A stretch of DNA of 41,679 nt. Origin: a virus (taxonomy: Duplodnaviria; Caudoviricetes). Position 1 is the stretch's first letter, and every line of letters begins with the position of its first letter. Positions 1 through 10,522 of this stretch are shown in pieces. The notes beneath the pieces are model-generated. The model was not told where the DNA came from and searched no databases. It worked only from the letters and a program-made list of their open reading frames with translations. The stretch is taken from positions 1 through 41,679 of IMG/VR virus record IMGVR_UViG_3300022895_000239; one strand, written 5' to 3'. The position numbers and the translations under genes are program-made.

Positions 1-1110
1 TTATTTGAAATCGACTTCCATGAGTTCTGCGACAGTGAAATCACGTGTAGTGGCCACGCATTTATCAATATAATCGGTAAATCTCGATGAGGGTCCCATC
101 CCCAGCTCAAGCAGCTTATCATTGCTGAACACCACATTAAGCTTTGAAAAATGGCCGTAAAGATTCATGGCGCGTAACATGATACGCTTATTGCAGGGAC
201 CAAAAAGTGTATCGAAAGACGCTTTGCTTTTTGCCAGCTCACTCACACTGACTTTCCGATAGGTTTCCGCGATGGGCCTATCACCTGATGCTTCAGCCAT
301 TGCCTTGTCAATTTCGGCGAACGTGACACTACTGTTTAAGCCGGCAGAAATATGAATTATGTTTTTATCCACGTTGTCGGCTGTAAGTAATAATTCGAGT
401 GCATCCGCGCAGTAATCCACGGGCACGACATCAATCCGGTCATCAAGATCACACGTGAATTTCCCCAACGCCAGCGCCATGCGAAACACCCAAAAAATAC
501 TTGATGAAGGCCCGCAGCCCCACAGTGAGTGACCGACAATGATCGAGGGACGAGCAATGACCAGTGGGAAATCAGGTAACTGCTCCAGCATCATTTTCTC
601 AACCGTGGCTTTACTCCAGGTATATTCGACAATGTGCTGGTCGCGCTGCGTGCGCAGTTCGGATTCGGTCACCAGAGAATTCGCCTCGGGTGCACATGAC
701 ATCGCGGTACCGACATGCACAAATCGCTTAAGCCCGGCTACCTCACTCATGCGCCGGGCAAACGCAAACGTCCCGTCTACATTGACTTTCCATATGTGCG
801 GATTGGTACCAAAGGAAGCCAGCGCCGCGCAGTTCAGCACATGGGTAACATCCTCCAGCCGGCTGTCGTGGATAAATCTGTCCGCGGCACCCAGATCACC
901 CAATAAAATATTTTCAGTCGTCAGGATTTCTAATTGCGTATCGGCAAGTCCAAACTTTCTTAAGTTTGCTTTAACTCTGTTCAGCCCCTCTTCACGGCTC
1001 GTGCCTCTTACCAATAATAGCAACCTTACGGTTTCATGTCGGTTCAGAAAATTGACCGTGACCGCCCCACCAAGAAAACCTGTTGAGCCGGTAATTAATA
1101 ATGTATTCAT
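1..1110 (-). CDS. SDR-family NAD(P)-dependent oxidoreductase (extended SDR, thioester-reductase/male-sterility-like)
   Basis: Rossmann motif ITGSTGFLG at the N-terminus, YTWSK catalytic motif and ARPSIIVG. The likely start is MNTLLITG at 1110 rather than 1215. Confidence 0.85.
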   Translation of the reverse strand: MNTLLITGSTGFLGGAVTVNFLNRHETVRLLLLVRGTSREEGLNRVKANLRKFGLADTQLEILTTENILLGDLGAADRFIHDSRLEDVTHVLNCAALASFGTNPHIWKVNVDGTFAFARRMSEVAGLKRFVHVGTAMSCAPEANSLVTESELRTQRDQHIVEYTWSKATVEKMMLEQLPDFPLVIARPSIIVGHSLWGCGPSSSIFWVFRMALALGKFTCDLDDRIDVVPVDYCADALELLLTADNVDKNIIHISAGLNSSVTFAEIDKAMAEASGDRPIAETYRKVSVSELAKSKASFDTLFGPCNKRIMLRAMNLYGHFSKLNVVFSNDKLLELGMGPSSRFTDYIDKCVATTRDFTVAELMEVDFK

Positions 1111-2234
1111 CTCTATTGTCTTAAGGTTAATTAATATGGTTTGTAACGTTTTCCCGTGTAGGTAATTTAATTCCTTCGGGCTCAATGTAAGGTAAATAGG
1201 ATTTTCAACAGGCAATCAAACCGGCTTCTGGTTAGTTTTGGTTTAATTATGTCATTTTCACACTCTCAATTTTCTTACTGCGTCCGTAGCCCCCATTAAG
1301 TCCGGTATGACAACAGGCGGGGGCATGCGCCTTTGCTGTAAGCTGAATTACCTTACGCTAATGAACGGGTATCAGGCGCTCATGACACATTCCAGAACCA
1401 CGGGTGTGAATACGCTCTGACGGCGCTAACAGGTCCTGCCGTGATAAGCAGGTTCTGAACACACAATCCCTTTACTCTCTTAAATTGTGATCGGACAGAT
1501 TACCGGACGTATAAATATATTTGGGTGAAGACGTCAGGCACACCTTGTCTCAGGATTTCATGATGCCGGGCAAACATTAAATGTGGAATGTGCACACGCT
1601 ATAACATTTAAAAAATGATAAATAACTTTTTAAATAACCTGAATAAATGTGGAGTTATGGATATCCCATGCCTGGCAAAAGCAAGTTATGAGATTGCTGC
1701 GTATTCGCGATAAGAGCGTGCTTATTACCGGAAAAGAATTCCGTCATGGGTTTGTACCGTAAATGGAGAAATAACGTAATGTGCCGCCTGCTGGTTAAAT
1801 AATGCGTTGGGCTGCGAAGTCACTTTAGATCAAACAGTGGATTTGCCGTGCGAAACATCCGGGTTGATGATAAATATGAAATAAGGGCGCCTGGTTATTC
1901 AGATGTTGGTGATTTTCCCGCCTTTTAGCGAGCGCGCGGCGCTGCTATCTGCTGTGCGTTTGCTGATTGTCATACAGGAGCTTCAGCACATCAGAGATAC
2001 AACAGCCTAACTCCGGCAGGATCTGGCTCAGGAAAATGCCCAAGCAATAAGCTGGCTGCGTCAGTACAGCCATTCGGTTTGAGCATTAATAATGTTTAGC
2101 TGGCCGACAACGGCGCAGGTTAGTCTCCGTGATCCCCTCTGCCGCTACGGCTTAAAAATCGGGACCGGTTCCCTTCACTCTCGTTCAGATCACGCGTAGC
2201 TGGATATTTAAGATGCAAACAAGCCCGACAGGTG

Positions 2235-2360
2235 TGAACTGCCCCAGAAAGCTGGCCCCCCATGAGTAAGTTGCAGTTGACACTGAACTGACCCAACAAG
2301 TTGACATTGAGGTCGGGCATTTATGTTTTCAGGTTTTGAGTTGGTGAACTGACCGTGAAA
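2235..2360 (+). repeat. Three short direct copies of an IS3-family terminal-repeat-like motif TGAACTG(A/C)CC
   Basis: tgaactgccccagaaagctgg (2235), tgaactgacccaacaagttgac (2284) and tgaactgaccgtgaaag (2345). These resemble IS3/IS150-type ends, with no adjacent transposase. Confidence 0.4.
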
Positions 2361-2692
2361 GTCACTCTGCCTCTGACGCTACTGACCTGGTGATGATGCG
2401 GGATACGGGCCCCCGGAGGGTGCCTTTGCGCCGGGAAAAGACCTTTTCCATGCACCCTTAACCACTCTTCGTTTTATGATTATTTACAGCCTGCCCTATG
2501 TTTTCACTCGGTTAGCCCTTAAACCACCCCCCCCCGAATAAATAAGTAGCTTTAGCAGCACAACAGTTAAAGACAGAGAGAATATGACGATAAGAAAGCC
2601 CGCCGTAAGAAAAGGCGCAGGTGTGGGGTAAGCACCGGGGCATCAGCGCGGGCCCGCGGGTCTCCGTGTACCAGCCTCAGCTGGCCGGAAGA

Positions 2693-2980
2693 TCAGAGAG
2701 CATAAATGATAGTCTTACCGTCTGGCAGCTTTACCTCAATACTGAGTTCGCCGCCCAGGGCCTTTACGTAGCGCTGTAGTGTAGACAGGCGCGGGTCGTT
2801 GTCAGGTTGCTCCATACGATTGACGGCTGGCTGGGTGATGCCCATTGCTGCGGCCAGCGAAGTTTGTGACATATTCATTTCCTCACGCAGACGCGCAAGA
2901 ATGGTACGGACATCCTCCGCATCATCGTGCGCCTGCACCTTCTGACTTTTTGCTGCCAGCAGGGATTTGTAATCTGACAT
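2693..2980 (-). CDS. XRE/Cro-type HTH antitoxin (HigA/Ata-like)
   Basis: LARLREEMNMSQTSLAAAMGITQPAVNRMEQ...PRLSTLQRYVKALGGEL. RBS GGAGG precedes the ATG at 2980, and a toxin remnant lies directly upstream. Confidence 0.85.
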   Translation of the reverse strand: MSDYKSLLAAKSQKVQAHDDAEDVRTILARLREEMNMSQTSLAAAMGITQPAVNRMEQPDNDPRLSTLQRYVKALGGELSIEVKLPDGKTIIYAL

Positions 2981-2983
2981 CGT

Positions 2984-3335
2984 ATTCCTCCCGTTTCGCC
3001 AGATGCTGCTGAATTTTGCATCAGCAAAGGCGATCGTCGTCTTACAGACACGTTTTTCATTCAGTCGCGATTTGGTTCCCATGCAGAGCACTGTAATGTG
3101 GCGACTGGGGGGCCAATGCGAAAAAATATGCGCACCGGATAACCTGCATGCTGCACGCGCAGTGTCTGCCTATTCGTGAAAGCCGAACCGTACAGGGCAT
3201 TCACGCGGTGGCGGCCCGTGACCGGACCCGAGATTTCCGGCGGCCCCATTATGTCACAGAGGAACCCTCTCAGGGCGTCATCCAATGATGAGATGTCAGG
3301 CCCTGCATTTTTTAGAGTAATAACCCGTCTAATGC
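2984..3335 (-). pseudogene. Frameshifted RelE-superfamily (Gp49/Tad-like) type II toxin
   Basis: Two frames join to give ...GPVTGRHRVNALYGSAFTNRQTLRVQHAGYPVRIFF / ITVLCMGTKSRLNEKRVCKTTIAFADAKF, a decayed Gp49-like toxin pattern. The start codon is lost. Confidence 0.7.
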
Positions 3336-4529
3336 CACTCCCTAATGCGTATATTCAGGCGGATTATTAGTTAAGCATTATAAACAGGTATTCTGACATT
3401 TATTACGATGGTCATTTAAAGCGCACCGCAGGGGCCGCCCCTTCAGGGCACAAACCGATGGTCCACGTTATGCACCCAGGCAGCCACGGCCCAGCCCTGG
3501 TGCATGAAAATACGCTTTCCTTTCTGTTCGTCTCAGGGGTCGTACAGCGCTTTTTCCGGCAAAGGTTACCTCATCGTGGATGCACGCACACAGTCCGTGA
3601 AAGTGTGCCACATTCAGGGCCTTCGGCAGGCGTAAACGCAGCCGCAGAAGGGGCGCTGGCAACCGGATTTACCTGTGCATCGAGACATGAGGTTTACGCC
3701 TTCATACACTGGTGCTGGTCGGGGGGTGTGGCTGCACGACAAGCCGTCTGGGGTTCCGGCTCAGGCTACTTTTAACGCGCTATATCTGCCGCGATTTCCG
3801 GCACGGCACCGGGCACCCGATCCGCTGGGTCTCCCCGCCCCCTGGTATTCAGGGTAGCGAGCGGGAATACGCGCAAAACCTCCGTCACGCTGGGATACAT
3901 TTCTCTGCACCTGAACGTCTCACCTGCGGATGATGGTGCGCGGTCCAGCGGCGGCAGGACGGTTAACTTATGCATACCACGCGCCTCGCTGATGCCTTCC
4001 CACGGTCTGAACAGACGGCGGCAGAAAAGTGCGTCAGCCTGAACGCCCGGTATCAGCCTCCTCTTCCCACACTGCACCTGCAATTTTTTCCGGGGTTTAA
4101 ACCGGCTATGGAAACAAGGCTGTCATTAGTAAGCATAATGCCTGGACAGGGACCTTGCCCGATCGAAGCCCGCGTGACCGCGATTTCTTTGCCGGTATAT
4201 TTTAGCCGTTAACCCATGATTTGGTCGACTCAGGGGCAGCGATGTTGACGTTGTGTTTAACTGTGGCATTTATCGTGCCGGGGTGGTTTTCATATTCGAT
4301 TGGTCCGGTCGCGGTTAAAGCCAAAGGCGCCCTGGCGTAGCGAAGAACGTCGGCGGCGGCGAAACGATTCGGCGGGATCCGGTATAACGCTTATGGTGAC
4401 GTTCTTTCATTCCCCCTTGCGGGGCGAGCCCGCGGTGTTACAGACCGTCATCCGCGCCATGACTGATTGCAACCGCCCGCTACGCACGACAGCGGCATGA
4501 CGCCCGATGCGCGCCGGCGTGACGTCATA

Positions 4530-4736
4530 AACCATCGGGGATGTTATCGACTGGTGGAAGCGTGGGCGCAGGCCGCAGCAGGTAGCGGTCCTTAACTCTT
4601 CCTGTACGTCAGTGCGTACCATTTTCAGGTCGGCATCCCGGGTGCGGAATGCGAGGTTACCGTGCCCCTGTGAGGACGGGTGCCCAGTGAAGCGCGACAG
4701 TTACGCTGTCCGGATATCTGAAGAAGGTCTGAACTG
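4530..4736 (+). pseudogene. Possible decayed LuxR-type HTH regulator fragment
   Basis: Translation DVIDWWKRGRRPQQVAVLNSSCTSVRTIFR loosely fits the LuxR G-x-x-x-x-x-IA...S-x-RTV pattern. It is preceded by a stop codon and has no start. Confidence 0.25.
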
Positions 4737-5549
4737 ACCCGACGCCAGAAATCCTGCACCTGCATCTGGGGCAGTTAAGCGAATATCATGAGGAGGCGCG
4801 GATCATACTCCGGGAGGGGACGTATAATGCGTGTCAAGGCTGACCGAAGCGGCTGGCGTTAAGCCGCAATGATGTCGTTTCTCTTATCAGGGCCCCCGGC
4901 AACGGAACCGGGGGGGGCCGTTGCTGAGGAGCCGGCAGGTGTTGAAGGAGAACGACGTGGCCCTCCTTTTCCTGCATCCCGTGTGCTAATGCCGTTGAAT
5001 GACGGCATCTGCTTTCAGGCATGGGATTGTAATCACTGACCATTGCCCGCAGGGACTGTTCTTCTGCGGGTGACGTCTGCCCGCACATAACGTATCAAAC
5101 CCTCGCGCCCTTACCCGGGCGCCACGCCAGCGCGTTTCTTAGGCGTCAGAGAAGCGACGGAAAGCGGTTTCATAATCTTCAGCGATCCGTCCCCCCATCT
5201 GATGCCCTCTGCCAGGCGTGCCTGTCAGTATGGGCTGTCCTCAGGCTGATACCCGCCTGGCCGGCAATCACCTGTGTGAACGTCATTTGTTAAAATTTTC
5301 CCGCCCATGCTGTCAGCCATATTAAGGAACCCTGCCGGATGCTTATTTGTAAACAGGCACCGGCCTGGACCGTGAGGTAGTCAGGCAGAATTCACCCCGC
5401 AGCCTTACCAGCTACAGGACGCGCAAAGAGGATGCTGCGCTGTAAAATCCGCATATAATCAGCGGGTTAATTACGTTCATTTTGCATGCATCTGGTACAG
5501 AGTCGTTCATATCCGGACTGGCAGGTCCACCTTAAAATAGAGGCGGGTT

Positions 5550-5820
5550 TAGATTAAAAAAGGATTAATAAAATTGTCTGTATAATTGATTATTTCGAAA
5601 TATTTCACCTTAATTTTCATTAAAATAGTCTTATATATCAAAAAATATTAAATATTGCATATGAGCTAACGCTCGCCCCACATTAAAATACTTTAAATTC
5701 ATAGTGTTACAAAATCATTACTAAAGTTTTATTATTGAATAATTATAAATTTAGAAAAATCAGCAAATTAACAAAATTCCCCCCATAAAAAATATACTTT
5801 TTCCTACTGAAATACTCAGC
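5550..5820 (+). promoter_or_regulatory. Very AT-rich upstream/promoter region of the Mor-like gene
   Basis: Abrupt AT-rich non-coding stretch in a GC-rich context, directly upstream of 5846. I could not assign exact promoter hexamers. Confidence 0.5.
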
Positions 5821-5845
5821 GATGGAATACCAGCGAGGGGGAAAG

Positions 5846-6300
5846 ATGAGTCTGACATGGCAGGAGCTTTTTGAAGGTTCAATGGTGGGATCGGACAGCT
5901 GCGTAGCATTCTGCAATCAGCATGCACCACTGGTGCTGGCCTGTCTTCCGTTTGCGCTATCTGAACTTGCCGGCCGGAGCAGTTTCAATGATATGTTCGA
6001 GCTGGTAAATAAAGTGGGGGGACGTAAAATTTATCTGCCGAAGTTCGGCAAAAATTTTGCTGAAACGTTTGGGATAGCCCTTGAGGAGAGTATCTACCAG
6101 CGCTGGCGCCAGATGGCAAATCAGCACGGTCAGATTGAAATTCCGTCTAAATGGGGGTATTCCTCACCCTTCGCCGCGTAGCGATATATACCGCAATACA
6201 AAATGGGCTCAGCAATGAAGAGCTGACTATAACTTTTGGCATCACTCAGCGTCAGCTGAGAAACATGCGCGTGAAGCTGAATGTCCCCTTCGAACGTTAG
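5846..6300 (+). pseudogene. Mor-like transcription activator with one frameshift in a G5 run
   Basis: LVNKVGGRKIYLPK is a Mor-like motif. Adding one G at 6153-6157 continues WGVFLTLRRVAIYTAIQNGLSNEELTITFGITQRQLRNMR (C-terminal HTH) to TAG at 6298-6300. Confidence 0.65.
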
Positions 6301-6499
6301 AACCAGCAAAAAACAGAGTGCGAGATCGTTATCCCGATTCTGAACCTCCGGAATGAACATATAGCGGATAATCTTCACACTTGTATTCATTCAACCTGCC
6401 GCCATGATAGCCAGCTCACATTACCAGGCTTCTTCGCCGTAAAAATTTCTTATTTTATGATTTTTTCGATAATTACATCCTACCCTCCTGGGAGCCTGT

Positions 6500-6766
6500 A
6501 TGAACAGAAGTCGGTTTAGTGAATTTGAAAAGCGTTTTGCCCTGACCCAGGTTGATAAAGGGGCCAGCATCCGCGATGTGTGTTACGTGTTTGGCATCTC
6601 GCAGGCCACTTTTTATAACTGGAAAAATCAGCTGACTGAAAGCTCGATGGTGGATATGGATCGGCTACAAAATCTGGAGAATGAAAACAGACGACTGAGA
6701 GAAAAGCTGACTGAACTTGAGAAGGATAAACAGATGTTAATTACTGAACTCAACCGGCGAAGATAA
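6500..6766 (+). CDS. Solo IS3-family OrfA-like HTH/leucine-zipper protein
   Basis: RSRFSE...SIRDVCYVFGISQATFYNWK...RLQNLENENRRL, with a GGAG RBS. No OrfB/DDE frame follows. Confidence 0.8.
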   Translation: MNRSRFSEFEKRFALTQVDKGASIRDVCYVFGISQATFYNWKNQLTESSMVDMDRLQNLENENRRLREKLTELEKDKQMLITELNRRR

Positions 6767-6912
6767 GGGTATTCCGGTTGTTCAGGAGTCAGGTGTTTTA
6801 TTTTCCTGTGGCTGACGGCGTGAGACACTCTGCTGCTCAGCCACAGTATAACGGTTTATTGTGACGCTTATGACTGCGTCAGAGAATAACCTGGCACAGA
6901 CCGAAAATTAAC

Positions 6913-6958
6913 GGTGACTGACACCACGTTCGCTTGCGAAAACGTGGTGTCAGTCGCC
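6913..6958. terminator. Long inverted repeat (18-bp stem), terminator-like or other structural element
   Basis: ggtgactgacaccacgtt-(cgcttgcgaa)-aacgtggtgtcagtcgcc has 15 perfect bp plus a G-U-compatible extension. There is no strong U tract. Confidence 0.5.
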
Positions 6959-7779
6959 TAAACCCTGTTCGTTGCTGATACGTTAAGCGCTGACACCCGT
7001 CTCTCTCTGAGGCCGCTGGTTTGACAGACGACAGCAGTTTTCCGCCCGGGCGGGTAGTTCCGTTACTGCACGACGCCCCGTTCACGGGAGGATTTCCCTG
7101 ACGGGCACCTGACGAGGGCCGGCGATTTCTTCCGGGGTTAATAATCGCGCCTACTGGACAGCGGTCGGGACACTCGTTGCGCGAACCTGCAGCGCTGTTC
7201 AGCGTATGCCTGTGCTGAGACTCAGGTTCACAACGCTTACCGCCTCAGCCAGGCTTACCTGGTGGCCGTGCGTATTGAATCTCTGCCCGCGATGAAATCT
7301 GCGCTGGGAGACAGGATCGCCCCGGATATGCAGGCGTTTCCGGCGCCCATGTATTTCAGGGCAGGCGCGTCACCCCGCGTGATACCCATTCCGGAAGCGG
7401 ACTGACGCCGGGTCTGCAGGCGTTTTTTTATGATAAACGGACGCTCTAATCCGGCGCACAGGCGTCTCGGGCGGGGTCCGTAGACCGCGAGGTGGCCTGT
7501 AACGGCAGCAGGATCCGCGTCGCGCTGCGTACAGCGCTCGTTACACTGTCACGCGTACCGGAAGGTGTCTGAGCAGGCTGCCTCTGATCTGGCGTTACCG
7601 GCCGTCGTCCGGTCTCTGACATTCAGCCTCCGTCCGGGGCCCCGTCCGTCTGCAAAATCCGGCCGTGCGTTCCCCGTCGTCGTCGCCCGTCGCGGCGGCC
7701 ATGATGGCTGTCATCTGTTCTGCGCTGAGGTCCCGGATGACCTCTTACCGTTTCATGGCGCCCGGCGCGCGGAGGAAGC

Positions 7780-8049
7780 CCGCGGGATTGTCAGGCCGAC
7801 AATATCACCTGCTGTTGAACTGCGCCGGCATTTGCCGATACCGGGTAATAAAATACAGTGCGGCTACCGTCGGCTGACCCGTTCCGGCCACCGAAGACGT
7901 GCATATTGCCGCCCTCTGTCGGTTATCGGGTTGTGCAGAAGATCCGCAAGGTGTCTGAGAGGGTGTATAAGCCGTCAGCCATTCTGGCCTGCGCGCATCA
8001 ACGCACGCTGACCGCCCAGCGTTTACCCCTCTTCATCCTGCCAGGCTAA
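7780..8049 (+). pseudogene. Possible second decayed LuxR-type HTH remnant
   Basis: Fragments in different frames, GLSGRQYHLLL and PKT-/-YCRPLSVI, are reminiscent of LS-x-R-E/Q and S-PKTVY. Confidence 0.2.
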
Positions 8050-8640
8050 TCGCTTCCGATAGTTTTGCCTGAACCGTTCTGCTGCTGGTACAGAATTGTC
8101 CCCGTCGGATAACCCGGTGCGCCCTGGGTTTCATGATTGCCACACGGGGCAGCTGCGTCGGCTGAACGGGGGGGGGGCGGTGAGTGCGCGACGTCAATCC
8201 TCAGCGCCTGTGCTCTGAAAACGGAACTGCCGGCTTACGCGACATGAGCGCCGTTCCGGTGACCTCCGTTAAGCACGTTTTGGCGCTGAACGCGGTGGAA
8301 ACCGTGGGGTCACGGGAATCCTGCACTTTATCGCGACAGGGGAAAAATAGGCACCTTAAACGGCGCAGTGCAGGTTAAGCCTCTGGCGGCAGACCGCACG
8401 TCATCAGGGTCGCACGCTGCCGGAAACGTGACCGTGAGGTGCAGACACGACCGCGCCGGCTGTTCAGCCGCGCTCACATAATGGCCTGGCAGCGCAAAGG
8501 ACTCGCAGATCGGGTGGGAGCAGAATCGCCCGGACGTTATACGACGAGCGTAACCTGATAATCACTCTACTGCGCAGTACGGCAGGGAGGACGCCGGACA
8601 ACGAGCGTCAGCATTACTGAGCGCACTGACCGCTGGCGGG

Positions 8641-8916
8641 TCAGGTTTTCAGGCAGCCCGTCAGCGCGGCTTCCAGCTGAGAGATGTAATACTGACGTGC
8701 CAGCCGATCGGCCAGCAAATTATTCACCACCTGATAATCCGAACCTGCTTTTAACTGTGCGTCAGTCATGAACGCGGGTCTTGCGGGCAAGGCAGTCAGG
8801 CACGTGACCGGGACCGGCACCTTTACGTCCACCGTTCGGGTTGCGGGGAGAGAAGAACAGCCCGTCAGCATCGCGATGCTAACGGGCAGCGCGCCATTCA
8901 CGAATCGCATCATCAC
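8641..8916 (-). CDS. Rz1: Outer-membrane lipoprotein o-spanin (Rz1-like)
   Basis: Lipobox MLTGC, Pro-rich VKVPVPVTC...LPARP, overlap with the 3' end of the i-spanin gene, and last position in the lysis cassette. Confidence 0.75.
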   Translation of the reverse strand: MMMRFVNGALPVSIAMLTGCSSLPATRTVDVKVPVPVTCLTALPARPAFMTDAQLKAGSDYQVVNNLLADRLARQYYISQLEAALTGCLKT

Positions 8917-9289
8917 AACTCCATTTTTTCATCGTTTCGGCGGCACGGTTCTTTTCATTCAGCCGCGCAATCTGCGCCTCGTACAGGCGCCCGTTTTGCT
9001 GAGCACGCAACAGGGCCCGCTCGGCTGCCTGATGTCTCGCCTCGCCTTCCTTTTTCAGGTTGTCCACCGCGGTATTCTGGTGCGCAATCGTCTGTCGCAA
9101 CTGCGTGACGTTTGCCTCCAGCTGCGCGATCGCCGCCTGACGAAGCGCCAGTGCACGGGCCTGTTCATTCACTTCCCGGCGGGCCGAATTGCGCTCGATC
9201 CACAGCGTGCTCACCACGCTCAGCACCAGAGCGGCTGCTATAACATATTTTCCCCCTGTCCCCAGAAGCATCCGCGCGAGCATCATCAT
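8879..9289 (-). CDS. Rz: Inner-membrane i-spanin (Rz-like)
   Basis: One N-terminal TM helix (YVIAAALVLSVVSTLWI), a long Ala/Gln coiled coil and a C-terminal Cys (SCDDAI). Confidence 0.75.
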   Translation of the reverse strand: MMMLARMLLGTGGKYVIAAALVLSVVSTLWIERNSARREVNEQARALALRQAAIAQLEANVTQLRQTIAHQNTAVDNLKKEGEARHQAAERALLRAQQNGRLYEAQIARLNEKNRAAETMKKWSCDDAIREWRAAR

Positions 9290-9675
9290 TTTAGCGACTG
9301 CCCGGCGCTACCCGCGGCCATTTCTTTTTTGCGTTGTGCTCTGACCTGCAGCAGGCTGCGAATGATAACGGCGATATCCCCGTGAGCCAGCAGCATCAGG
9401 GCCAGCACCAGAAAGTTAACCGCTACGTGAGTGGGTTCGACCGGGGTGTAATACCAGCCCATCCATACCCGGAGGGCTAACACGGCATAGGCGGCGGTCA
9501 GGACGAAGCGGATGGCGCGCTCATACCAGAACAACGCATTTTTTTGTTCCGCATTTTTATGCGGAGATAAAAGAAGCACTCCCGCAATGCCCGTGGCAAG
9601 CGTACCGTTAATCAGCAATAACAACAGATCAGGCAGGCTGTGCGCATCAAAATAAAGCTCAATTGCCATCATCAT
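9286..9675 (-). CDS. Three-TM membrane protein in lysis cassette (second holin or antiholin candidate)
   Basis: Three hydrophobic segments and a basic C-terminal tail. It overlaps both neighbouring genes. Confidence 0.6.
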   Translation of the reverse strand: MMMAIELYFDAHSLPDLLLLLINGTLATGIAGVLLLSPHKNAEQKNALFWYERAIRFVLTAAYAVLALRVWMGWYYTPVEPTHVAVNFLVLALMLLAHGDIAVIIRSLLQVRAQRKKEMAAGSAGQSLK

Positions 9676-10054
9676 CTTTTGTCTCCGTCCTTCTCTTCAG
9701 GGGATCCTGTGGTGCCTGCTTTCCGCCAATTAACCGCTGGACGGCCTGCGTCAGCAAATCCGGTACGGCATTCTCTGACCAGTCCAGAACGACGATAGCC
9801 AGGGTAACAATGACCGCTGACGACAAAAAGGCGGCGGGCCACTCGGGTAACCCACTTTTATCCTGGGTAAGCGGCGCCATCGCGACCCCACCGACAATGG
9901 AGATCAGAAAATAAAGCAGCTTACGTGGCCATGAAGGTTCATGGCTGCGCAGCAGGAAGACCAGTGCGCCACATAATACTCCGCTGACCAGCGTCAGATC
10001 GGAATGCGACCAGGTCTGGCTGGCGGTTTGCCAGATTGCTGAATTTGAGATCAC
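9659..10054 (-). CDS. Putative holin
   Basis: Three TM segments (GVLCGALVFLL; KLLYFLISIVGG; AAFLSSAVIVTLAIVV) and a charged C-tail. GTG start with a GAGAGG RBS. Confidence 0.7.
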   Translation of the reverse strand: MISNSAIWQTASQTWSHSDLTLVSGVLCGALVFLLRSHEPSWPRKLLYFLISIVGGVAMAPLTQDKSGLPEWPAAFLSSAVIVTLAIVVLDWSENAVPDLLTQAVQRLIGGKQAPQDPLKRRTETKDDDGN

Positions 10055-10243
10055 GTTGCCCTCTCACGATTAAACGTGGCACGCCCCGCTTTGGCATTCG
10101 ACAGGTAGCTAAGTGATTGAAAGTAAATTATCTATAAAAGTCTGCTCTGTCAGTTGTGCGCCTGCTGACGTTTGAGAATGTGAGGCAGTTCACGTTGCCG
10201 GCAAACTGCCCCACCGCCTGACGGTCAGCCAATGACGCCGTTT

Positions 10244-10414
10244 TCAGACTAATTTTTTAGCCAGCTTCACCGCGTCATCGAATATAACGTCAACGTCGTG
10301 GCCCGCGACTTTCAGCAGTTCTTTCAGTTTTGCTATGACAGCGTCGGTGTGGCTGGTATCCGTGGAAAGCGGTTCCGGGGAATACGCATTTACATCATCA
10401 ATGGGTTCAGACAT
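10244..10414 (-). CDS. Small 56-aa protein in lysis cassette (not in ORF track)
   Basis: AAGGAG RBS, then MSEPIDDVNAYSPEPLSTDTSHTDAVIAKLKELLKVAGHDVDVIFDDAVKLAKKLV*, predicting two amphipathic helices. Confidence 0.75.
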   Translation of the reverse strand: MSEPIDDVNAYSPEPLSTDTSHTDAVIAKLKELLKVAGHDVDVIFDDAVKLAKKLV

Positions 10415-10522
10415 TGTGTGACTCCTTACCTTCGGTTGATAACACGTTTTTCATCCAGAGGGGCATGCTGACCTGCGCGCCACCTCTTTACTTCTGTTCA
10501 TCCCGCCCTCCTGACGTCGGAT

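Noticed and set aside
8168-8177. G10 homopolymer as a phase-variation switch
   Set aside because: It is not within a credible gene or an identified promoter.
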